The notes beneath the pieces were generated by a model. That model was not told the DNA's origin. It saw nothing but the letters and a program-made list of their open reading frames with translations, and ran no database searches. A stretch of 43,206 nucleotides of DNA, taken from NCBI GenBank assembly GCA_024276825.1, contig JAJRWI010000026.1, forward strand, positions 1-43,206, read 5' to 3'. Source of the stretch: an archaeon (lineage in GTDB: Archaea; Asgardarchaeota; Thorarchaeia; Thorarchaeales; Thorarchaeaceae). A program made the position numbers and the translations under genes. This document shows, piece after piece, positions 29,442 to 35,481 of this stretch. Numbering within the stretch: position 1 is the stretch's first letter; every line of letters starts with the position of its first letter.

Positions 29442-29932
29442 TCTTCACCGTCGAAATACTTTTTCTTAACCATCTTTACGAACTCATTGTTCCAGTGCAG
29501 ATCTCTATCAAGACCAAGTGCCTCTCTGTCATCTTCTATAAAGTCAGAAAATGCATCCTTCAGCATCCAACCATCAGTCAATATAATGTCCACCATCTTC
29601 TTGAACGCCTCAGGAGCATAGCCCTCACTAATTGCTAAATGACGCACAGCTTGAAAGATCTCAGCGGGACTGACACCTTCTTGACATCTTTCTTCACAAG
29701 TACGACAAGTCATACAAAACCAAGGAATGTCGCTTTTCAGAACTTCTTCGCGCTTGCCAATCAGAATCCACTGTATAAGTTTACGTGGCCGAAAGATGTT
29801 TGATGCAAATGCAACTGGACATGTCGCACTACAAATTCCACATTGTATGCATTTCTTAATGTCCTCGCCATTTGGAAATAGAGATATTTCTAAAGCAAAA
29901 GAAGAAGATGGTGAATGGAGTTCACGCGTCAT
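29438..29932 (-). CDS. hdrC: Heterodisulfide reductase subunit C (second tandem copy)
   Basis: CIQCGICSATCP and WFCMTCRTCEERC. Start moved to ATG 29932 (MTRELHSP), which gives 164 aa colinear with the paralog at 39108-39602 and has GGAG upstream. Confidence 0.92.
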   Translation of the reverse strand: MTRELHSPSSSFALEISLFPNGEDIKKCIQCGICSATCPVAFASNIFRPRKLIQWILIGKREEVLKSDIPWFCMTCRTCEERCQEGVSPAEIFQAVRHLAISEGYAPEAFKKMVDIILTDGWMLKDAFSDFIEDDREALGLDRDLHWNNEFVKMVKKKYFDGEE

Positions 29933-30551
29933 GGCGTCTTTTTTCTCCTTTATCACCAAAGCAGCCCTTGCGAAGTTACACATTACCTTCAGATACAAGG
30001 CGCTTCATTAGTCTTGTACCAATGATTGACTTACTTCTATTCTTCGTGTCATGATCATCTGCTGTAATCCATGCATTAAGTGATAATGTGAATCCTTTCC
30101 AAAGATTGCATGGTGCTGATATAAAGGGCTTAATCCCTCTATTCATCCACATAATTGGTTGTTAATGAATATAAGCTTTTGTCATTAATTGGAACGCTTA
30201 AATATTGTCGCATTCTATTTCATGTGTGAAATGCAAAATTCGCATTCATAGACCTGAAGAAAGCGCGATTTCAAAATATATTTGCGTTCCCTTTGTATCG
30301 ACTTAGGAATAAGACTGTCCTGCTATCATGCCTTTTCCATCTGACATTTGAATGCATGAATATTGTTGAATTATGAATTGCGAGTAATACTCTCACAAAA
30401 TCACTAAATAATTGTGAGGAGTGTAAATGGTCTCATCGGAAACAATAGCCTGAAACATGCACACTGCTGCTCGTGGGCGGACAGGACCAAAATGTCAAAC
30501 TTTGTCCAATTCACAATGAATGGTCAACAGTAATTAGAATTAAGCTGTATT

Positions 30552-30567
30552 GAAAACAGAAAGGGAA
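30552..30567 (-). terminator. Possible archaeal pyrimidine/U-rich terminator after the SECIS
   Basis: UUCCCUUUCUGUUUUC follows the hairpin directly, at the end of the operon. Confidence 0.35.
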
Positions 30568-30664
30568 GGAAGGAGAGTGCGATGACGCACCCGTGCAAGG
30601 TTGTCCAGCGTGGCCCTTCACTTTAAGCCACACCTTCATCCGCCGCCAGTCACCATCTCCTTCC
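30568..30664 (-). promoter_or_regulatory. Eukaryote-type SECIS element (selenocysteine insertion sequence) of vhuU
   Basis: mRNA reads AUGAA-GGUGUGGCUU-AAAGUGAA-GGGCCACGCU-GGAC. It has an AUGA/GA kink-turn quartet, a 10-bp helix II (with G-U pairs) and unpaired AAA 11 nt after AUGA. Lower helices: GCGG(C)GG/CCUUGC, UGGUGAC/GUCAUCG and GGAAGGAGA/UCUCCUUCC. Confidence 0.88.
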
Positions 30665-30788
30665 GTGCCAACTCGCGCCCCTCATCATCAACAATGACAA
30701 GATGAGCAGCGCATGATAGTCAGCAGTCATAGCACCGCACAACCATCTCGAGGAGGTTGAGCAGGCCTTCCGGAATTTCGTCAGTCAT
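30636..30788 (-). CDS. vhuU: Selenocysteine-containing [NiFeSe]-hydrogenase small peptide subunit (VhuU)
   Basis: Missed by the ORF track. Manual translation: MTDEIPEGLLNLLEMVVRCYDC-U(TGA 30722-30720)-LSCAAHLVIVDDEGRELARKEMVTGGG*. This is the L2 motif missing from the upstream large subunit. AAGGTG SD upstream and SECIS downstream. Confidence 0.93.
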
Positions 30789-30826
30789 TATTTACACCTT
30801 GTTTGTTTTGTTTATAATCCTCCTGT

Positions 30827-32143
30827 TTACGTCTTCACCAGTGGATCTGGTAGTTTGAGTTTTTCATGTCCCTTCTGTTCAAACACGAATCGTGCTGCAT
30901 CCATGAGGGACTTTTCAATTCCTGCAATGTTGTTGTTAGTAGCAACAATCAGGTTTGCTTTTGTGATGATTCCTTTCTCGTCGCACTCGTAGTTATGTAG
31001 AAGTGTTCCTCGTGGGGCTTCAACGATTCCCACGCCATTGCCAGCCTTAGGCTCGACATCTGAGAGTTTTACATCAGTGCTTACAATCTCGGGATCCTCA
31101 AGCAGAGTCTTGATCCATTCTGCTGCCTGAACCATCTCTATAATTCTGGCCCAATGATAGGCAAATGTGTGATGGCTTGGGCGTCCAACAACTTCACGCA
31201 TCTCCTTAAGTGCTTCATTTGCGAGAGGGGTAGCCATTTCATCAGCCACATTACATCTTGCTAGTGTATTTGCCCGCCAGATGCCATCCGGATAACCAGC
31301 AGGCTTGTAATAGATGTGAGTAGCGTAAGAATGTCCTGGAATGTGTTCGCCATAGTAGTTTGTGTAGTCCTTGGGTTCAAATTCAGCAACGGTCTTTCCA
31401 TCTGGATCCATTACTCGAACCTTGCCATCATAAATATCCAGCTTGCCATCATTCACAAGGCCAATGTAGTATGTGGGAGTCACAGCAACTTTGGTCACCA
31501 CATCGATATACATGTTAACAACATTCTTTGCTAACTCGACGGTCTTATTGATGTTTTCAAGCATCTCTGGGACTTTCTTTAACCATTCATCACGTTCATC
31601 CTCCTTCAAGGGTGACAGCATCCCACCTGGAATGGCAGTTGTCGGATGAATGGCCTTTGCTCCCACAGTTCTACAGAGCTCCTGACCAAATTCCATCAGC
31701 TTGATTGCTTGAACTGCCACATCGGGCAAGTGCTTCAGGACCGCAGCAACATTTCTCACTGAAGGATCTGCAAATGGTCCAAAGACAAAGTCTGGTGCTG
31801 CAAGTGCATAGAAATGAATTGCATGACTTGAGAGTTGCTTGGCCTCAATCAACAAACGTCGAAGTTTGACAGCAGCAGGAGGTGGAGTCACATCCCAAGC
31901 CGCTTCAACAGCCTTTACTGAGGCAAGATGATGTGGAATAGGACAAATACCGCAGATTCTCGGAGTGATTCTTGGGGCCTCCTCCATTGGACGTCCCTCA
32001 AGAAACTTCTCAAAGAATCTGGTTGAACCCACATTAAATTGCACATCTTTCACCTTACCATCCGAGCCAAGTTTGATGGTAAGTGCTCCATGTCCTTCAA
32101 GACGAGTGACTGGGTCTACTCTGATCACTTTATCATTTGGCAT
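30827..32143 (-). CDS. mvhA: F420-non-reducing (group 3c) hydrogenase large subunit, C-terminally split (VhuA-type)
   Basis: DPVTRLEGH, L1 motif RICGICPIPH, EAPRGTLLH, NLIVATNNN; ends without DPCxxC. Start set at the second ATG, 9 nt after GGAGG. Confidence 0.95.
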   Translation of the reverse strand: MPNDKVIRVDPVTRLEGHGALTIKLGSDGKVKDVQFNVGSTRFFEKFLEGRPMEEAPRITPRICGICPIPHHLASVKAVEAAWDVTPPPAAVKLRRLLIEAKQLSSHAIHFYALAAPDFVFGPFADPSVRNVAAVLKHLPDVAVQAIKLMEFGQELCRTVGAKAIHPTTAIPGGMLSPLKEDERDEWLKKVPEMLENINKTVELAKNVVNMYIDVVTKVAVTPTYYIGLVNDGKLDIYDGKVRVMDPDGKTVAEFEPKDYTNYYGEHIPGHSYATHIYYKPAGYPDGIWRANTLARCNVADEMATPLANEALKEMREVVGRPSHHTFAYHWARIIEMVQAAEWIKTLLEDPEIVSTDVKLSDVEPKAGNGVGIVEAPRGTLLHNYECDEKGIITKANLIVATNNNIAGIEKSLMDAARFVFEQKGHEKLKLPDPLVKT

Positions 32144-33065
32144 TCTTTGCATCCTCCCGCTTTATCCGCATATTGCCCAGATGGCTTGATGGATAGTCGA
32201 ATCTCCAGAAGTAGCCAATTGGATCCGGGACTTGTTCTTTTAATTCATCTGGAAGTAATGGTGCATATGAGCCAAGCATTGAGATTGATGCTGCACCATG
32301 GTCTTGAGTGATTGGTGGAGGCGGCCCAAAACATCCTCGACAAGTCACCCCCTTGTTCACACATTGGCCCTCACATAGCCCCCACGTAGCAGAGCCCAGA
32401 CAGATGTATCCTTGTTCCAAAAGACATCTATCAGGATCCGCATTGCCCTTGAAGGGTCTTAAAATCTCGGGAACTGGTGTTTCTTTCTTTTCTCGAGAGC
32501 AATAATGGCAGACCGTATGAGGGGGTAGTTCGATCTCCTTGCCCTCAATCAATGAAGTGAGAGCTGTGAGAATTAGTGAGGAGGTTGGCGGGCAACCTGG
32601 CAAATATACATCAAAATCGACATAATGACGGTTTGGTCGAACAATCGATTCAATGGGGGGAACATTCTCGCTAGGAACTTCGCCATCACTGAATGTCTTG
32701 TTGTTGCGAAACTTGACATCATAGCAATCCTCAATATCATAGAAGTTGGCCATGCCAGGAATTCCACCGAAGCATGAGCATGTACCAAAAGCAATGAGAA
32801 TCTTGCACTTGGCTCTCAATGTCTTCAGAAGATGAACATCTTCTTCAGTTCTAGCCATCCCTTCATAGACACCAACAGCAATTGATTTGTCGGGATATGA
32901 TTCAAGATCGCTGAGCTTGTAATCAACCACAGCTTGCCAATACTTGATATCAAGTAGTGGTAAAACATCAGCGAGTTTTAGATGAATATCAATAAGACTC
33001 TGAAAACATCCCCAACAACTTGAACCTTGTCCTAATGCAATAGAAACCTGCTCGGTCAAAATCAT
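32133..33065 (-). CDS. mvhG: F420-non-reducing hydrogenase small subunit
   Basis: CWGC, AFGTCSCFGGIPG, LPGCPP, CHYC, CLLEQGYICLG..C...C..CRGCFGP. Confidence 0.94.
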   Translation of the reverse strand: MILTEQVSIALGQGSSCWGCFQSLIDIHLKLADVLPLLDIKYWQAVVDYKLSDLESYPDKSIAVGVYEGMARTEEDVHLLKTLRAKCKILIAFGTCSCFGGIPGMANFYDIEDCYDVKFRNNKTFSDGEVPSENVPPIESIVRPNRHYVDFDVYLPGCPPTSSLILTALTSLIEGKEIELPPHTVCHYCSREKKETPVPEILRPFKGNADPDRCLLEQGYICLGSATWGLCEGQCVNKGVTCRGCFGPPPPITQDHGAASISMLGSYAPLLPDELKEQVPDPIGYFWRFDYPSSHLGNMRIKREDAKNAK

Positions 33066-33292
33066 TCCTCCTTTGATGCAAAGATTAGTTCTTGTTCACT
33101 CTCATGGATATCAACCTGGCCCCACCTAAGCATACCCAGCAAATTCCATAGAACGAGAGGCTTGTCCAGATTCAATTTCGATGCGATTTGCGACACTGAT
33201 AATTTTTCATCCTTCAAAAGCCCAAGTATTCTAGTCCTTTGCTTTTCAGTTTCACGTCTATTTTGATAGAAGAAATCAGTATAATGTTTCAT
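33062..33292 (-). CDS. Small winged-HTH protein inside the mvh operon
   Basis: 76 aa with ATGA overlaps on both sides; ILGLLKDEKLSVSQIASKLNLDKPLVLWNLLGMLRWGQV. Confidence 0.82.
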   Translation of the reverse strand: MKHYTDFFYQNRRETEKQRTRILGLLKDEKLSVSQIASKLNLDKPLVLWNLLGMLRWGQVDIHESEQELIFASKEE

Positions 33293-33732
33293 TCCCAGGA
33301 CCTCCTGATAGGACCAGCTTCCTTTACTTGCTCAACAAGTGTTCTAACACCATCTGCAAAAATCTGGGCCTCTGATGCGCTTGCCCACTGCAATCTAATT
33401 CTTCGTGGATCTATTCCCGCTTGCTCAATGGCTTTTTCGAAAAGGGCCCATCTGGCTCTCATCTTTAGATTTCCTGAAGTATAATGGCAATCACCTGGAT
33501 GACAACCAGAAACTAGGACTCCATCAGCACCAAGGTCTAATGCGGCAAGAATAAATTCAATGTCAATTCTGCCTGTGCAATTCACTCGTATAATTCTTGC
33601 ATTTGGTGGATATTGAATTCGGCTAGTTCCTGCCAGATCTGCTCCAGCGTAGCTGCACCAGTTGCAGCAAAAGGCCAGTATCTTGGGTTCCCATTCTTTC
33701 TCAGTTGTTTGTGTTTGAGCTTCTGTGCTCAT
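33289..33732 (-). CDS. mvhD: MvhD [2Fe-2S] subunit
   Basis: FCCNWCSYAGAD, NCTGRID, GCHPGDCHY, WASASEA; all-Cys form. Confidence 0.96.
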   Translation of the reverse strand: MSTEAQTQTTEKEWEPKILAFCCNWCSYAGADLAGTSRIQYPPNARIIRVNCTGRIDIEFILAALDLGADGVLVSGCHPGDCHYTSGNLKMRARWALFEKAIEQAGIDPRRIRLQWASASEAQIFADGVRTLVEQVKEAGPIRRSWE

Positions 33733-35480
33733 TGCACGCTACCTCCTTCACTCTCAGTCATAGGGCTGAGATATGCTTGTATCATTGATATGATCTGATC
33801 GTCTGTTGAATGCATCATGACAATTGCATTACTTGGACAAGCCGCAGCACATGTACCGCAGCCATGACATTTGGCTTCAGTAACAAGGGCTACTGGTGGA
33901 TCATGTGATTCATCCATTGAGATTGCACCATATGGACATGCAGTGATACATGTGTGGCAAGATGAGCAGAGGTCAGAAAGCACATGAGAAACAGTCGATT
34001 CAATCTCCACTTCGCCCCTTGCCATCAAGGCTACTGCTTTAGCGGCCGCTCCGCTTGCATCAATAACAGACTCAGAGGCATTCTTTGCAGCCTGTGCTGT
34101 TCCAGCAATCATAATTCCTGCAGTATGTGTTGTGACAGGAGCAAGTTTGATGTGCTCTGGATTAAAGAACCCATCAGCGCTTCTTGTCAAACTAAACAGC
34201 TTGGCGGTCTCCTCAATATCTTCTGGAGGAATCATTGCAGTAGCCAAGACAAGGATGTCAGGCTGGAAAATTAATTCCTCATCTGCAAATACATCCTCCC
34301 ATTTGATTGTAATTTTGCCATCGATAATCTCTACCGTGGGTTCTTTCTCAATCGGGTATCTTGAGAATATAACGAACTTTGATCGAGCTAATCGATGAAT
34401 ATCTTCATGCCCCTTGCCATATGTTCGAATGCTCTTGTATAGAATTAGAACTTCATCCATTTTATCACGCAAGTCTGATGCAGCCTTAGCAACTGCAGAG
34501 CAGCAATATCGTGAACAGTGTTCATGTCCCTTTTTGCCATACTCACGCGAACCCACGCATCCAATGAATGCAATTTTCTTTGCTTTTGTTTTATCACTGG
34601 GCTTTAGAAGGTCTTTTCGTGGGGGCATCATTTGTAATTCAGCAAGAGTGACGATGTCAGGATGCTCCCCATAACCAAAGTACCCGTATGGTTTGAAGGG
34701 AGTAAAACCAGTAGTCACGATGACTGCTCCAATATCAAACTCTTTCTGGTCGCCAGTCTTGATGTTCTCAATTGTAGCCTTGAAGTTGCCAATATAACCA
34801 TCAAACTCACGAACTTTTGAGCCCGTCAGTATTGTTATTCGTTTGTGTTTTCTGGCCTTTTCGATCATTGGATTAAGAACTTCAGGACCACTCTTATCAT
34901 CTGGAAACATATGAGTCCAATGTCTGACATGGCCACCCAGTTCACTGTCTTTGTCAACCAGAACAACTTCAAACCCTCTGTTAGCAATATCAAGTGCTGC
35001 CCTTAGTCCAGCAATTCCAGCACCTACAATCAATGTTCTTGGCTCAACCTTCACAGTCTTCAGTGGAAGTGCTTCTAGCCTCGCTGCCCTAGCCACTGAC
35101 ATTCTTACTAGATCTATTGCCTTTTCTGTTGCGGCGCCGGGCTCCCTCATATGACACCAGCTGACATGCTCTCGAAGATTTGCTTGTTCATACAGATATC
35201 TGTTAAGACCAGCCTCTTCAACGACTTTTCTAAATGTTGGCTCATGCATTCTGGGACTACAACTTGCAACAACAACCCGATTAAGGTTGTATTCTTTCAC
35301 TTTGTCTTTTATTAATTGTTGACCCGAATCAGCACACATGAACATCTCATCAGTTGAGAAGACCACATGCGGAAACTCTGCAGCAACCTTGGCTACTTTC
35401 TTAACATCTACAGTTCCAGCAATATTATGACCGCAATGGCAGATGAATACTCCAATTCTTGGTTCTTCAGCATCTGACAT
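33729..35480 (-). CDS. hdrA: HdrA-like flavoprotein with N-terminal and C-terminal Fe-S domains but no inserted ferredoxin domain
   Basis: Start moved to ATG 35480 (MSDAEEPRIGVFICHCG), just after the upstream stop. GAGIAG, CVGSR..CSRYCC, C-terminal CSSCHTC..CP and CHGCGTCAAACP. Confidence 0.92.
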   Translation of the reverse strand: MSDAEEPRIGVFICHCGHNIAGTVDVKKVAKVAAEFPHVVFSTDEMFMCADSGQQLIKDKVKEYNLNRVVVASCSPRMHEPTFRKVVEEAGLNRYLYEQANLREHVSWCHMREPGAATEKAIDLVRMSVARAARLEALPLKTVKVEPRTLIVGAGIAGLRAALDIANRGFEVVLVDKDSELGGHVRHWTHMFPDDKSGPEVLNPMIEKARKHKRITILTGSKVREFDGYIGNFKATIENIKTGDQKEFDIGAVIVTTGFTPFKPYGYFGYGEHPDIVTLAELQMMPPRKDLLKPSDKTKAKKIAFIGCVGSREYGKKGHEHCSRYCCSAVAKAASDLRDKMDEVLILYKSIRTYGKGHEDIHRLARSKFVIFSRYPIEKEPTVEIIDGKITIKWEDVFADEELIFQPDILVLATAMIPPEDIEETAKLFSLTRSADGFFNPEHIKLAPVTTHTAGIMIAGTAQAAKNASESVIDASGAAAKAVALMARGEVEIESTVSHVLSDLCSSCHTCITACPYGAISMDESHDPPVALVTEAKCHGCGTCAAACPSNAIVMMHSTDDQIISMIQAYLSPMTESEGGSVQ

Positions 35481-35481
35481 C

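Noticed and set aside
29933-29998. N-terminal extension of hdrC in the ORF track (likewise 35481-35531 for hdrA)
   Set aside because: Paralog alignment, SD position and gene spacing favour the downstream ATGs.
30000-30550. Second SECIS, ncRNA or Rex-like operator in the long spacer (imperfect palindromes near 30225-30245 and 30378-30418)
   Set aside because: I found no AUGA/GA core with a proper helix, and the palindromes are imperfect with spacing that does not fit Rex.
30827-30900. mvhA as a truncated pseudogene
   Set aside because: The missing C-terminal motif is encoded by the separate vhuU gene with its own SD, a known split architecture.
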